Assembly (NCBI GenBank): GCA_009859145.1
Contig: VRVR01000009.1
Span: 1-64,000, forward strand
Origin: Andalucia godoyi And28
Taxonomy: Eukaryota > Protista > Jakobida
DNA: 64,000 nt
Direction of reading: 5' to 3'
Shown here: piece after piece, positions 9,183 through 21,595 of the stretch
Layout: every line of letters starts with the position of its first letter
Numbering within the stretch: position 1 is the first letter of the stretch
Position numbers and translations under genes: made by a program
The notes under the pieces: generated by a model
Told to the model about the DNA's origin: nothing
What the model saw: only the letters and a program-made list of their open reading frames with translations
Database searches by the model: none

Positions 9183-11798
9183 ATGTCGCAAGGAACCGGG
9201 ATTGAGACTCTCGTTCAATCCGTGTTTTCACAGATATCGCATGATATGCCAACCGATTCTGCTGTCGGACTTCGCGCCTGGTACGACAACTTTCGGGCTT
9301 CGTTCGTTCGTGGAACACCTCTGGAGACGCTGGTGTATGGCGCCATTCGTGAGAAACTTATGGAATCATGCAGAGTGTTCCAGATCCCCAGATTGCTCAA
9401 AGGGTTTCATGCTCAGCATCACCACACTGCGTCCGGGTCCTCGTCGAATTCGTCGACCTCGAGCATCAGCAGTCCCTCTTCTGCATCGTCCAACGGGAAA
9501 GAACCAGTTGTTTCATTCGCACACAAGCTTCGGGAATTTCATGACTTGCTGGAAGAATACTGCCAGGTGCTTGCTGATTGCGTGGCCCACTTTCCTGCAG
9601 ATGCTTCTGTACCCGACGCACCAGACGTGGTGTCGGCCCGTCCGGTCCTCGTTGCGGGTGGCGTCATGCGTTTACCTTTTACGCTTTCATGGTCCTTTAT
9701 GGAAAGCGTCAAAGCACGGCTGCTGATTGAGGGTGGAGAAATCATCCGCGAACAACTAAGATTGCAGGTGCATGAGAATTTCTCGGCATTTCGGAAACAG
9801 ATGCAACAGTCCAGCGACATCGAGCGAAGGTATCAAGATCAGTTTGAAGAAGATTCTCAGGAAGAGGAAATCGAAGCGGAGGAGGAAGAGGAAGAGAACG
9901 ACGAACCAAATGACACTGTCAACGACGGGGGGACCGAAGGCGGAGGAAGTGATTCCTGCGAGGATGGGCGAGTGCCTGCGTACGTGCATGCTCCCCAAGA
10001 GGATGTTTCCATGCTTGACACACGTGTTTTTGTTGGTCTTGTCACGGATCTTGGCTTGCTGCAGCTGTGCATTGAGCAGGTCCGGTTTGTCTTGCGAGAA
10101 GCGGTGCACAGACTTGTGTTTACATTTTGCAAAGACGACATTGGAGTAGCGTACGAACAGACTCTGTTGAATTGGACAGATCGAATTGCATTTCCGTTTG
10201 TTCGATTGTTCGACCCGTCTTTCAACTCTTCTGCGCTGCTTGCCATGGTCTACGAGGAACTTTGCATTTGCCGGATTTCCAATATTTTTGAGATTGTCGT
10301 CGATTTTCCGGATTCCGAACCGGCTGTCACAGACCTTTTCCACTGCTTGACGTACACACACATGTACAGAGAATTCTCCGATGCCCTCCTGGCCTCCATT
10401 TCTTCTCGTCTGTTGCAACCAGGAGCCAAGACGATCGACGTGGTAAACACATACGTCGCAGCGGTCCGTATCGTCACTTTCTTGGACTCCTCTCGTTCAA
10501 TTCTGAAAGGACTTTCTGAGCGAGTTGGCGCATACTTGAAACAACGACCGGATGCCATTCGCTCCATTGTACTCGGGATGGTTGAAGAGGATGGGGACCT
10601 TCATGCTGATTTGGTCCGTTTTCCGCAACAGCAGCAGCTACAGTATGTGCAGCGGTCATCTTCGTCGGGGGGAGACGAAGATCCCGATGACATTCAGTGG
10701 GAACCAGTGCCCGTCATGGCGGGCTCGCATGTTCTCGGTGCATTTCCTGATGTCCCTCTTTCGAATCGCATCCAGAGCGCTACTGTTTCTCCCTCGGATA
10801 CTCCGATTGACGTCATATCGCTGTTGGTCACGCTTCTTGGAAATCGAGAAGTCGTGCTTGTGGAGTATCGTAGTGTTCTTGCTCAGCGACTGCTCGCAAA
10901 AAATTCGTTCAATGCTGATGCGGAAGTGCGAATTCATGAACTGCTCAAGCTACGATTTGGTGAAAAGTCGCTTCATGCTTGTGATGTCATTTTGAAGGAT
11001 GTCACGGACTCCAAGCGTCTGAACACGCAGTTGCAGATCCCGCTGTTTGACCAACAAAAGACCGAGTCCGCCGTCCCAGTGGGATGTTTCCATACACTGA
11101 TCACGTCCGCGTGTTTCTGGCCCAGTTTGATCATTCAGCAAGAGTCGGATTTTGTTCCGCATCCGTTTTTTAAGGACAGGATGACGGCATTCAATACCAG
11201 ATATGCGGCACTCAAAGCACCCAGACATTTGGAGTGGAAGCCATTTCTAGGCACCGTCGATCTTGATCTTGAATTGGATTCTGGGGAGGTTGTCGTCTTG
11301 AACGCGTTGAACCCAATTGCAGGCTCTGTCCTGATGCATGTGGTGGACCACCAATTGACGCATGGATCGAGACATCTGTCCCTTACCCGCGTTTCTCAGC
11401 TTGTACACCTGTCACCAGACATCGTGGTGAAAAGAATATCGCAGCTCCTGCTGCAGCACATTCTGCTGCTTGATGCAGACTCGCAGAACCTTTCCGTTGC
11501 CTCAGCGCTGCCCACAGCATCAGGGGGCCTTCCACTGTCCAATTTTGAGTCTTCCGATGCAGAGGATGCAGCTCGAAGACAGTCGGATGCAGAAATGGCG
11601 ATCTTTGAATCGTACATCATGGCGATGCTCGAGAATCTTGGTTCCATGTCCGGCGACAAGATCCACAACATGCTCAAAATGTACTGCCTGGACCCGCCGT
11701 ATGACAAGACTCTGGAGCAACTGCAGGCCTTTTTGAACAAACTGGTTGCCAACGAGCAACTCGATCGCGACTCGGGGCAGTTTAAGTTGCGCAAGTAG
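9183..11798 (+). CDS. ANAPC2: Anaphase-promoting complex subunit 2
   Basis: 871 aa. Cullin domain (LQPGAKTIDV, LAQRLL, ELLKLRFGEKSLHACDVILKD, FWP, LEWKPFLG) and a C-terminal winged helix (YIMAMLENLGSM..IHNMLKMY). Confidence 0.93.
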   Translation: MSQGTGIETLVQSVFSQISHDMPTDSAVGLRAWYDNFRASFVRGTPLETLVYGAIREKLMESCRVFQIPRLLKGFHAQHHHTASGSSSNSSTSSISSPSSASSNGKEPVVSFAHKLREFHDLLEEYCQVLADCVAHFPADASVPDAPDVVSARPVLVAGGVMRLPFTLSWSFMESVKARLLIEGGEIIREQLRLQVHENFSAFRKQMQQSSDIERRYQDQFEEDSQEEEIEAEEEEEENDEPNDTVNDGGTEGGGSDSCEDGRVPAYVHAPQEDVSMLDTRVFVGLVTDLGLLQLCIEQVRFVLREAVHRLVFTFCKDDIGVAYEQTLLNWTDRIAFPFVRLFDPSFNSSALLAMVYEELCICRISNIFEIVVDFPDSEPAVTDLFHCLTYTHMYREFSDALLASISSRLLQPGAKTIDVVNTYVAAVRIVTFLDSSRSILKGLSERVGAYLKQRPDAIRSIVLGMVEEDGDLHADLVRFPQQQQLQYVQRSSSSGGDEDPDDIQWEPVPVMAGSHVLGAFPDVPLSNRIQSATVSPSDTPIDVISLLVTLLGNREVVLVEYRSVLAQRLLAKNSFNADAEVRIHELLKLRFGEKSLHACDVILKDVTDSKRLNTQLQIPLFDQQKTESAVPVGCFHTLITSACFWPSLIIQQESDFVPHPFFKDRMTAFNTRYAALKAPRHLEWKPFLGTVDLDLELDSGEVVVLNALNPIAGSVLMHVVDHQLTHGSRHLSLTRVSQLVHLSPDIVVKRISQLLLQHILLLDADSQNLSVASALPTASGGLPLSNFESSDAEDAARRQSDAEMAIFESYIMAMLENLGSMSGDKIHNMLKMYCLDPPYDKTLEQLQAFLNKLVANEQLDRDSGQFKLRK

Positions 11799-12671
11799 TT
11801 TGCAATTATTTTTATTATTATTATTATCATCATCATCATTATCATTACTTTTTTCTGTTTATACTGTTGTTCTACTTCTTCGAATCAAAACACGATTCGG
11901 ACAAATAAATTCAACAAAAGACCAAGACGAAAGCCAAAAGAAAAAGAAAAAGAAGAGAAAGGGGGAACGGAGGAGGTGGCGGGAAAAAAGGAACAATCAC
12001 CCGCGTTTGACTTCATAAGCGCCGTTCTATTTGCTCGTGGTTTTCGAGCTATCCCCATAACTTGCGGAAAGACGACAGCAACCTGCAGGTCCAAGGCACC
12101 ATGTGCCTCTCCTTGCGGATCTTCGACAACAGGAACGCACCTTGGACACGAGCAAGCTAGCACACAACAAGCTACGCTCGTCGTGCAGCCCTTTCGGCTT
12201 ATGCGTGTCCGGCGACTTTCTCAGGAGCAGTGGAAAGGCAAAGCAACGAGCGCACAGCTGCGTCGTCGTATGTGGCTCCTTCGGAGATGGCATCAAACTC
12301 GGGCTAAATGATGCTGTGCCACAACTCGGAATTTAAAGGGATCCAGACCTGATGGTTTTCGTACTTGTGGGTGTTCGCGGAATTTTTGGCGCCAGAATCG
12401 ACGTCCAAAATCCCTCCTGCCCCCCCCGATCCCTTTCCGATTTTCCCGCGTGTTTGCGCGTTTCTTGCTCGTGAATGTTGGAAAACACAACCGAGTTCTC
12501 ACATTTTCTTCTTTTTCTCTTTTTCTTTTCGGTTTCTTCTCCATCCTTCTTGCCACGTTTACATTTCGTATTTTTTCTTCTCCCTTTTCTGTATTGCAAG
12601 AATTGCATTTAATTCGTCCGTCTTGGCTCCAATCCTTTTTCCACCGTTGAAGAGTTATCCGGTTTTTGCAA

Positions 12672-15600
12672 ATGTCGACGTTTAACAAGTACGCGGCTCT
12701 TCGTGAAGAAGACGAAGATTATGACGACGGTGTATGTTCATTTTCTATTCGTGGTTTACTTCTTCTCTCCTCCCCCTTTCTTCTTCTCTTCTTCCCCTTC
12801 TATGTTTTTTTTTTCTCCCCCGCCCCTTTTCCCGACGGCGTCGTTTCTTCCTGAACAGTCTTTGCTTACAATACGAGGGGCGAACAACACCAAAACGCAC
12901 ACACACACACACAATGAATGCATTAGATTCGAACGAAAAATCTCGACGACGACGATTACGGCGACGACGGATCGGATCTAGACGATTTTGTTGTTGGAGA
13001 GTACGACGATGAAGAAGGTGGATACTTGGACGAGGAAGAACAAAGAGCAATTCAAGAAGGAAGGCTCTATGGTGCGTCTCACGCGGGGATCAAGAGAAAG
13101 CGAAAAGACTTTGGACAAGGGAATCGTCCACAAAAACGGAAGCCCATGCCACCGCCAGATGACCGAACGGGCAACATCGGAAAGGCTTTCGTCTCTGGAC
13201 TGATTTCAGATGCTTCTGGCTCTTCGCACTTGGATAAGAAAGAAGCTGCTGCTGCTGCTGCCCAGTCTGACGATTTCGTCAAGAACCTACTGCAGAATTT
13301 GCAATCGGATCCGCTGAACGTCAGTGCAAAGGCGCATGCGCCGTCCATGGTTTCTCAGGTCCGAAAGTCTCTTCGGAAGAAACAGAATGCTGAGGATCTT
13401 GCTATGTTTTCCACCTCTTCAGTTCTGCCATCAATTACTGACAGTGAAGACACTCACCCAAGCTACGGTCTTCCACCTGCTGCTCCTGGAATGCAGCAGC
13501 AGCAATCACATCGCACAAGAGTGGATTCGACCTCATCTCGACCATCTACAGATTCTTTCCACAATCCTGTGGCTGATGAGGGGCACTCTGCTGCATCCAA
13601 CGAGACCCTCCGGAAGGACGATGGTGCAATGTCTTCGCCGCCGTCAATCACAAGAACTCCAGCACACGGCTTGTCAGCCGTCACTCCGCCCGCCGCTTCC
13701 AGCGCGCCAAAATCCACCCCCAACACATCGAGTGACTGGTTTTCACTCTCAGAACAGTCTGCATCTACTGTGCATACGTCTCCTGCGACGACTGCATCGG
13801 CTTCTTTTTTGTCCAGTCGTCCATCCGCGGATCTTATTCCTACTGACAAGCAAGCCATGACTTTTTACTGGATCGATGCAATTGAAGACATGTTTTCCCA
13901 TTCAGGGACGGTGTACTTGTTTGGCAAGGTCTACATTCCCTCCAGCAAGTCATACGAATCCATTTGCGTTCACATCCAGGCAGTTCCAAGATGTGTATAT
14001 TTTTCTCCCAAGGAACCGGATCGCTTGGATCTTGCGTCGTGCATGGAGGAGGTTTCGCAAATGTGCTCAAAATGTGGCATCCGAAAACATGGTGTGAAGA
14101 TTGTGAAGCGAAAGTATGCCTTTGAGAACGCAAGTGTCGTTCGTGACGAGTGTCAGTGGCTGAAGCTAAAGTATGATGCACAGTTTGGTGCCTTGTCATC
14201 GTTCGATGCAGCCAATTCAGAAAATTTCTCAGCCGCCTTTGGAACCCACCAGTCCCTTCTGGAGCTGTTTTTGATCAAAAGAAATGTCATGGGTCCTTGC
14301 TGGTTGACGCTCAAGAAGTTCGATGCTGTGGACCAGCCCTTGTCCTGGTGCAAATTTGAGGTGCGTGTCTTGAGCCCAAAGGACGTGATCGTTTCTCCAC
14401 TGCAGCCACCAGCACCACCTCTCCGTGTTTTGGCGCTTTCTTTCAAGACTGTCCGAGGGGACAAACAGCATCACCACGAAGTCGTGGTTGCATCTGGCAT
14501 TCATGTGGACGGAGTGTCGGCGGACGGACCAACTCCAAATTGGGATCGGAAACTCAACTCATTCACAGTGGTGCGGAAAGCTGACCCGGATACTCCCTTT
14601 CCCATCGACTTTGCGGGGGCGAAGCACCGAATTGAACTGTGTGGAAACGAGAAAGCCTTGCTGGCGTATCTTGTTGCAAAGATTCACAGCATCGACCCCG
14701 ATGTGATTGTCGGCCATAATTTCTGTGCATTCGACCTAGACATGCTCCTTCATCGTTTTAAAGCACTGAAGACTCCGCATTGGTCGCGCATCGGTCGTTT
14801 GATGCGGAAGGAAGTCCCGCAGTCTTCATCCTCGGCATTTGCTGATCGCCAAGTCATGGCGGGCCGTCTCATTGCGGACACTGCGCTTGCGGCAAGAGAG
14901 TATCTTCGAGAAAAGTCTTTCCAGCTCGGATCGATCGCGCTTACGCAGCTGGGCATCAATCGAGAAGAAATTGACTCGTCTATTGCAATGTTCAAATCGC
15001 TGTTTTCAAAGTCGGAGCATCTTGTTTACATTGCGCGGCATTGTGAAAACGATGGATTCATCATGCTTTCGTTGTTGTTCAAGCTGATGCTGCTTCCCCT
15101 TACTAAGGAACTGACCTGTGTGGCTGGAAATTTGTGGACTCGAACTCTCCAAGGGGGCCGTGCAGAAAGAATTGAATATCTCTTGATGCATGAATTTCAT
15201 CGAAGAAAATACGTGGTTCCTGACAAGCCTGTTCCGGTCTGGAAGAAGGGAGGACAAAAGAAGGACGAACTGTCTCTTGAAAGGGAATTTTTTGACGATG
15301 ACGACGAAGAAGGCGGTCAAACTACCAAGCAGGTCGCAAAGGAAGACAAGAAAGACGAAGGAGCCGCTGCTGCCAAAGGAAAGAGAAATCCAAAGTATGC
15401 AGGCGGTCTTGTTCTGGAACCAAAGAAAGGATTTTATGACAAGTTCGTTTTGCTGCTGGATTTCAATTCCCTGTACCCCTCCATTATTCGAGAGTATAAC
15501 ATTTGTTTTACCACTGTCAAACGCCCCCGCCGCGCGAGTGATGGCTCGTGGCTCGAGAAGGCGGTTCTCCCGGATGCGTCCGCACCGTCTGTGTTGCCTT

Positions 15601-17381
15601 ATGTGATCTCTCGTTTGGTAGACCAGCGCCGGGAAGTGAAGAATCTTCTCAAAGCAGAAAAGGATCCGCTTAAGCAGGAGCAGCTCGAGATTCGACAGAA
15701 AGCGCTGAAGCTTACCGCGAACTCCATGTACGGATGTCTGGGGTTCTCTCATTCCAGATTCAATGCCCAGCCTCTTGCAGAACTCATTACATCGACGGGG
15801 CGCGAGACTCTTCAGCATGCAGTAGACATTGCGCAGGGAAAGCTCTCACTCGAGGTCATCTATGGAGACACGGATTCCGTGATGATTCACACTAATTCGC
15901 GAGTGTTGGATGAAGCCAAGAAGATGGGCGAGGCACTCAAACGTGAAATCAACAAGTTGTACAAACACTTGGAGATTGACATTGACGGAGTGTTTCAGTG
16001 CATGCTGTTGCTGCGGAAGAAGAAGTATGCAGCTTTGCGTGTCGTTCCGACCGGAGGAGACTCTTTTACCGTCAAGGAGGAAATGAAAGGTCTTGATATG
16101 GTTCGCCGAGACTGGTGTCCATTGTCCGCAGAATGTTCTCGGTCCGTGCTGACGAAGATGCTTTCTGGAGAGCCGCGAGAAGAGGTGGTGGATTTTATCC
16201 ACAATCATTTGCGGGAGCTGGGCGATGCAGTGCGAGCCAATCAGATTCAGCTCAACAAGTTCGTCATCACCAAGGGTCTTGCGAAGCCTCCAGAAGAGTA
16301 TCCGGATAAGCGCTCCCAACCGCATGTCCAGGTCGCTTTGCGGTTAAAGGCATCTGGAAAGGCTGTGAACGTTGGGGATCGCATTGAGTATGTGATTTGC
16401 CGCGAAGCCGGTGTTGGCAACAGCAAGCCCGAAGGCTCCGGAGAGAACCAACCGGTCTCGAACTCGTCCACGTCGTACGCAGAAAGAGCGTATCATCCCG
16501 AAGAGATTGTGAAGGCTGCAGGTGCCCTCACAATTGACGTGGATTGGTACCTATCTCAGCAAGTACATCCTCCCTTGGCTCGTCTATGCGAGCATCTGGA
16601 AGGCATCAACAGCGCGATTCTTGCGGACTGCCTCGGTCTCGACAGCGGGAGATACCGATCCATTGCTGCTGCCAGTCACGGAGATGAGGAGGACGAATTG
16701 GCCGGAACATCATTGTCGTTGCAAGACCGGATGAATCGATATCGAGAGAATGCGCTGTATCCTCTGGAATTCACCTGTCCGCATTGCAGCCACCCGTCGT
16801 CATTTTTGGGCGTTGCAGACTACATTTCACAGAGGGTTGTTCGTGCAGACGTGACATCCTCGAACTTGTTCATGTGCCCTTCGTGCCGTCGCTCGATGAC
16901 GGATCATGCAGGGTCCCTAGAACTGCAGTTCCGAAACCTGATTCGCAAGTGCATCGGCAAGTACTATGAGGGGTGGGTTCATTGTGAAGAACCGTCTTGC
17001 CAGTATCGAACGCGTCTCCGCGATGCGCGAATTGCGCGAGGTCTTGCAAAGCCAGTCTCAGGAAAGCATGGCGTCTCTGTGGGGCTGTGCCCTCGTCCCG
17101 AATGCCGAGCGCCGCTGTTCGAGAGTTTTTCGGGTCGACAGTTGTTCAATGAGCTGAAGTACCTCGAGTTTCTCGTGGACGTCAAAGGAGCAGAGAGCAT
17201 TATTCTAGAGCAGGTTCGCGCTTCCAGGAAGGACGCCAAAGTGGAGCACGTCCAAGGATTGGCGATGTCCCAGAAAGATGAGCAAGCGTGTAGTATGTTC
17301 CAGACCGCAATAACAAATTTCCTCAATCACCATTCTCGAAATTATGTTCAGCTGGAGAGCCTTTTTGGAATATTCCTGTAG
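12672..17381 (+). CDS. POLA1: DNA polymerase alpha catalytic subunit; predicted join(12672..12731,12927..17381)
   Basis: Family-B motifs DFNSLYPSII, KLTANSMYG and YGDTDS, C-terminal Cys clusters, and the N-terminal DDFVV..GYLD motif upstream of the ORF-track start. Exon 1 ATG at 12672, donor GTATGT at 12732, acceptor TAG ending 12926, phase 0 on both sides. Confidence 0.93.
12732..12926 (+). other. Spliceosomal intron in POLA1 (195 nt)
   Basis: GTATGT...TAG, pyrimidine-rich, contains the in-frame stop, and removal keeps the frame. Confidence 0.75.
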
Positions 17382-17873
17382 TAAACAAACGTGTCGTGTT
17401 TTTTGTTGTTGTTTTTTCCCCCTCGAGGCAGAGAGATGCTATGAAATGTGGACGAAAATCGGACGTCTCTGTGCGGACTGGTTTGCCATGACTCGTGTGG
17501 GAAAATCGGGGAGCAAAGCAAGCATCTGCTGTAGCCCAGACGGACCCCAATCGAAAAACGTCCGCAATGACACAAACCACGTTTCATTCTTACACTTTTT
17601 TTTCCCATGGCTCTGACCGACGACTGCTCGTTCTGACTTGCACTGCAGCATTGTGTAAGCTTCGACTTTATCGATTCCAAAAGAAAGGGTCTCTGACGAT
17701 TTTTCATCGATCGAATTTTATTTATTTTTTCTTGGGTTGTCGTTTGGTTCCCCCTTTCAAGTTGTTTTCATCTTTTTCTCGTAATTCATTCCACTGCAAC
17801 AAAAAACCGAAAAAGACTATTCTTCTTTTTTAAATTTTTTTTCCCCATCTTCCAACGAGTACAGCGAGCAAAA

Positions 17874-19661
17874 ATGAGCCAAATGTGGGAGTATCGCAAG
17901 AAGTTCAATGATCTGAAGAATTCGATCATGAATGTTCCTGACGCCGAAGCCAAAGTCAAGGAGGCCACATCCAACGAGAAATGGGGAGCCTCATCGACTT
18001 TGATGCAGGAGATTGCAGAGTACACACATTCTTATGATGACTATCGTGTTGTTATGGACACATTGTGGAAGAGAATGGACGCTCCGGGCAAGCAGTGGCG
18101 ACATGTCTACAAGGCTCTTACGTTGTTGGAGTATCTCTTGAAAAACGGCTCGGACCGTGTCATTGACGACGCAAAGTCGCGCGTCTACATGATCGAGACG
18201 CTTGAGCGCTTCGATTTTGTGGATGAAAAAGGAAAAGACGAAGGACGCAACGTTCGTGAAAAGGCAAAGCGACTCGCAAAACTTCTCAAAGACGAATCTG
18301 CAATCAAGGAAGAGCGACAGAATGCGTCCAAGAACCGAGGTAAATATACGGGATACTCGAATGATGGAGGAAGCGGAGGTGCGTACGATCGACCTATGGG
18401 ATCCTCGACTGCGTCCTATGGAAGACCACGTGCGCCGTCAAACGGTGACGACGAAGGCAACTCGTATCGCTCGCAGTCTTATGCTCGCGAAGACCAGAAC
18501 GAGGAGGAGGTGGAGGAGGAACATGAGCCACCTGCTCCAGTCAAGAAGTTGATGTCCACTGCACCAGCTGCTGCAAAGGCAACTTCGACTGCGACCCCAG
18601 TTCGAAAGACCGGTGCAAATTCCCAGGCTCATGCTCCGGCTTCTGCGTCTGGCTCCAAGTCCGGGACTGCAGATCTCTTTGGATTTTCCTCATCTTCTAA
18701 CGATCCGTTTGCAGCATCTAGTTCTGCCGGTAACAGTTCGGGATTCGGTGCGTCAAATGATTTTCTTTTTGGCTCTGCTCCTGCTCCTGCTCCTGTTCCG
18801 AAAGCACCTGCACAGAATGTGGACCCATTTGGAGGTCCCTTGTCCTCTGCGCCATCTTCAAAGCCCATCTCTGTGCAAGACCTTTTTGCTCCGACAGATC
18901 CATCCGTTCCGTTGATGCCTGCGGCTTCGATGGCGCAGCCGCAGCCCATGGGAATGCCCGGAATGGCCCCAATGGGAATGCCGGGTATGGCCCCGATGGG
19001 TATGGGAATGCCAGGAATGGCCCCAATGGGTATGCCTATGATGATGCCCATGGGTGGTATGCCGGGAATGGCTCCGATGGGGATGGGGATGCCGGGAATG
19101 GCTCCGATGGCCATGGCTTCGCGGCCTATGCCGCCTGCGCAGCCTGCTCCTGCAGCAAACAAGGGAGGCTTTGATGGTTTTGGTGACTTTGAATCCGCAA
19201 AACCAGCACCCAGCGCAGCGGGTGTTAAGAAATCTCAGAATCCGAATGAAGTTGAACGCAACTTGGTCAACTTGGACTCGCTGTCCTTGACTGGCGGCGC
19301 GAAAAGTGCGTCATCATCATCAACATCTGCGTCGTCGAATCAGGGTTCGCGTGTGTCGATGAATTCCATGGGAGGCTCTTCTACTGCCGCTCCAGCTGCC
19401 GCCCCGCAAGGCATGGGAATGCAGCCGATGGGTATGGGCATGCAACCGATGGGTATGGGAATGCAACCGATGGGTATGGGAATGCAGCCGATGGGTATGG
19501 GCATGCAGCCGATGGGTATGGGAATGCAGCCGATGGGTATGGGAATGCAGCCGATGGGTATGGGCATGCAACCGATGGGTATGGGCATGCAGCCGATGGG
19601 TATGGGAATGCAGCAGCAGCAGCAGCAGCAACCAAACCGATCAAACGATCCGTTTTTCTAG
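17874..19661 (+). CDS. ENTH-domain protein (epsin/EpsinR-like clathrin adaptor)
   Basis: KVKEATSNEKWGAS, WRHVYKALTLLEYLLKNGS and DEGRNVREKAK form the ENTH domain. The tail has DLF/DPF motifs and Met-Gly-Pro-rich repeats. Confidence 0.92.
   Translation: MSQMWEYRKKFNDLKNSIMNVPDAEAKVKEATSNEKWGASSTLMQEIAEYTHSYDDYRVVMDTLWKRMDAPGKQWRHVYKALTLLEYLLKNGSDRVIDDAKSRVYMIETLERFDFVDEKGKDEGRNVREKAKRLAKLLKDESAIKEERQNASKNRGKYTGYSNDGGSGGAYDRPMGSSTASYGRPRAPSNGDDEGNSYRSQSYAREDQNEEEVEEEHEPPAPVKKLMSTAPAAAKATSTATPVRKTGANSQAHAPASASGSKSGTADLFGFSSSSNDPFAASSSAGNSSGFGASNDFLFGSAPAPAPVPKAPAQNVDPFGGPLSSAPSSKPISVQDLFAPTDPSVPLMPAASMAQPQPMGMPGMAPMGMPGMAPMGMGMPGMAPMGMPMMMPMGGMPGMAPMGMGMPGMAPMAMASRPMPPAQPAPAANKGGFDGFGDFESAKPAPSAAGVKKSQNPNEVERNLVNLDSLSLTGGAKSASSSSTSASSNQGSRVSMNSMGGSSTAAPAAAPQGMGMQPMGMGMQPMGMGMQPMGMGMQPMGMGMQPMGMGMQPMGMGMQPMGMGMQPMGMGMQPMGMGMQQQQQQQPNRSNDPFF
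19413..19613 (+). repeat. Coding 21-nt tandem repeat (MGMGMQP, about 9.5 copies) in the epsin tail
   Basis: Unit ATGGGTATGGG(A/C)ATGCA(A/G)CCG; variation is only at synonymous third positions. Confidence 0.95.
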
Positions 19662-19814
19662 TCCTTGGAAAGCGATGATGTAAGGATTTGCAATGTCGGG
19701 AAAATGCATACAAAGAATAAACAGAAAAACAAAAGTAATGCAAGAAGAAACAGGAGAGGGCTACAAGAGGACTTTGTACATGTAATCGAAGAGAACGAAC
19801 GAGTACGTGCAGTA

Positions 19815-20219
19815 CTATCGCACGGCCTGCACCAACAGCGCGACGCGAGTGTGGAATTTGGGAGACACGGCCAGCGGAGTATCGATTGGCGCAAACGGAT
19901 TGCTGATCGCCGTCAGGTACGCTTCGTGAATCTGAGAAAACAAGTGATGCATGGCTGCGTCGTTTTCAAATGTTTCCAGAGTGATGACCACGAATTTGAT
20001 GTTGGTATTCGTAACATACCCATAGACATGCAAGTCATCAACTGGGAAAAGCAGTCCCAAGTACGGCGACTCGGCATGTCCTTCGACAATCCGCTCCTGA
20101 ATCACGTCCAGCGCCGCATGCGAGATTGTGGAAAATCGCACCCGATCTGCCGCACCTTGGAAAGTCGCCAGATAAAGCGGATTATTCAATCGTCCAATCA
20201 CAGCTATCGAATAGATCAT
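19815..20219 (-). CDS. TRAPPC2L: TRAPP complex sedlin-family subunit (TRAPPC2L-like)
   Basis: IAVIGRLNNPLY, YLGLLFP, VYGYVTNTNIKFV and SNPF. An alternative upstream ATG is at 20234. Confidence 0.8.
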   Translation of the reverse strand: MIYSIAVIGRLNNPLYLATFQGAADRVRFSTISHAALDVIQERIVEGHAESPYLGLLFPVDDLHVYGYVTNTNIKFVVITLETFENDAAMHHLFSQIHEAYLTAISNPFAPIDTPLAVSPKFHTRVALLVQAVR

Positions 20220-20562
20220 GTCGCTCCAATGCATGCTTCTTCTTCTTCTTCTTCTTCTTCTTCTTTCTTATTTATGTTTATTTAATTATTATTTTGGGAA
20301 CGGAACGAGTTCGGGCTTCTTTGGAAGCTTTTGGCAGACTGACAGATCGGACTTGGGATGTCATTGGAGAATGGTGAGAGCAGCTCGACGACGATTGACA
20401 TATGTCGACATCAATGACCACTTAGGACAATAAGTAATAAAGAATGAGAATTAGCATTAGAATTAGAGTAAGAAAGGAGAGGGACAGATTCACTCGCTGG
20501 GGCAAGCACTTTTTTGGTTGTTCGTGATTGCGCAGAGAGCGCTTTGAGAAAGGATAGAACCC

Positions 20563-21432
20563 ATGCTGCGTGTGCTCTGTCGACGACTGGGTTCGTCTCC
20601 CTTTGAGAAAGCTGGTGGATCGTTGCACGTGCCCGGAGTCAAGCATATTGTTGCGGTGGCTTCCGCAAAGGGTGGAGTGGGTAAGTCAACCACGGCCGTG
20701 AACTTGGCGCTTGCATTGAGTCGTCTTGGGTACGCCATCGGGCTTCTTGACACGGACGTCTACGGACCAAGCATTCCAAGATTGATGAATCTAGAGGGTC
20801 AAAAGCCGCGTGTGTCGGACAGAAAGTTCCTAATGCCTTTGAACAACTATGGCATCACGTGCATGTCCATGGGGTTCTTGCTGGGCGACAATGCGCCAGC
20901 GATTTGGAGAGGACCTATGGTGCAGTCTGCCATTGAGCAAATGATCAAGCAAGTGGAATGGGGAGCAATTGATGTTCTTGTCCTGGACTTGCCACCAGGC
21001 ACGGGTGATGCACAGCTGGCAATTTCGCAAAAGATCAGTCTCGCTGGCGCAGTTATTGTGTCGACGCCGCAGGACATTGCGCTCCTGGATGTTCGCCGTG
21101 GTTGCAACATGTTTGCCAAGGTCAATGTGCCCGTGATTGGAGTAGTCGAAAACATGAGCTACTACATTTGCCCGAATTGCAAGCATGAGGCACATGTTTT
21201 CGGTCACGGCGGCGCCGAAAGACTGGCATCGGAACTCGGTGTCGACTTTCTCGGAGGGATTCCTCTGCATCTCGAGGTTCGTGAGACCTCCGATTCCGGA
21301 AAGCCAATTGTTGTATCCAACCCCGATTCTGACATTACTGCAATGTATCTGCAGGTTGCACGCAAAGTCGCTCAGCGAGTGCTAGCATCTCCCGAGAAAG
21401 CACCAGCAACGCCTTCCATTTTAATGGAGTGA
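20563..21432 (+). CDS. NUBPL: Mrp/NBP35-family Fe-S scaffold ATPase, mitochondrial Ind1/NUBPL type
   Basis: SAKGGVGKST, DTDVYGPS, WRGPMV, DLPPGTGD, ENMS and CPNC, with a short basic presequence-like N terminus. Confidence 0.88.
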   Translation: MLRVLCRRLGSSPFEKAGGSLHVPGVKHIVAVASAKGGVGKSTTAVNLALALSRLGYAIGLLDTDVYGPSIPRLMNLEGQKPRVSDRKFLMPLNNYGITCMSMGFLLGDNAPAIWRGPMVQSAIEQMIKQVEWGAIDVLVLDLPPGTGDAQLAISQKISLAGAVIVSTPQDIALLDVRRGCNMFAKVNVPVIGVVENMSYYICPNCKHEAHVFGHGGAERLASELGVDFLGGIPLHLEVRETSDSGKPIVVSNPDSDITAMYLQVARKVAQRVLASPEKAPATPSILME

Positions 21433-21595
21433 GTGAGCAAAGGGATGAGAGGAGGTGGAAAAGAAGCAAAGGAAGGGGGGATGGCCATATTACTACTGTT
21501 ACTGTTACTATTTCTGTTTCTGTTTCTGTTTCTGTTTCTTTTTTCTCCCTCTCTTCGAAACGTTATCTATGATGGCAAAATGGTATATTGTACAG

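Noticed and set aside
11885-12688. Short ORFs between APC2 and POLA1, and a C/D-box-like ATGATG...CTGA at ~12308-12352
   Set aside because: The ORFs lack motifs and cross purine/pyrimidine tracts. The C-to-D distance (~45 nt) is short and has no terminal stem.
19413-19613. Regular 21-nt direct repeats as a possible CRISPR array
   Set aside because: No spacers; the repeats are contiguous, in frame in epsin and vary only synonymously.
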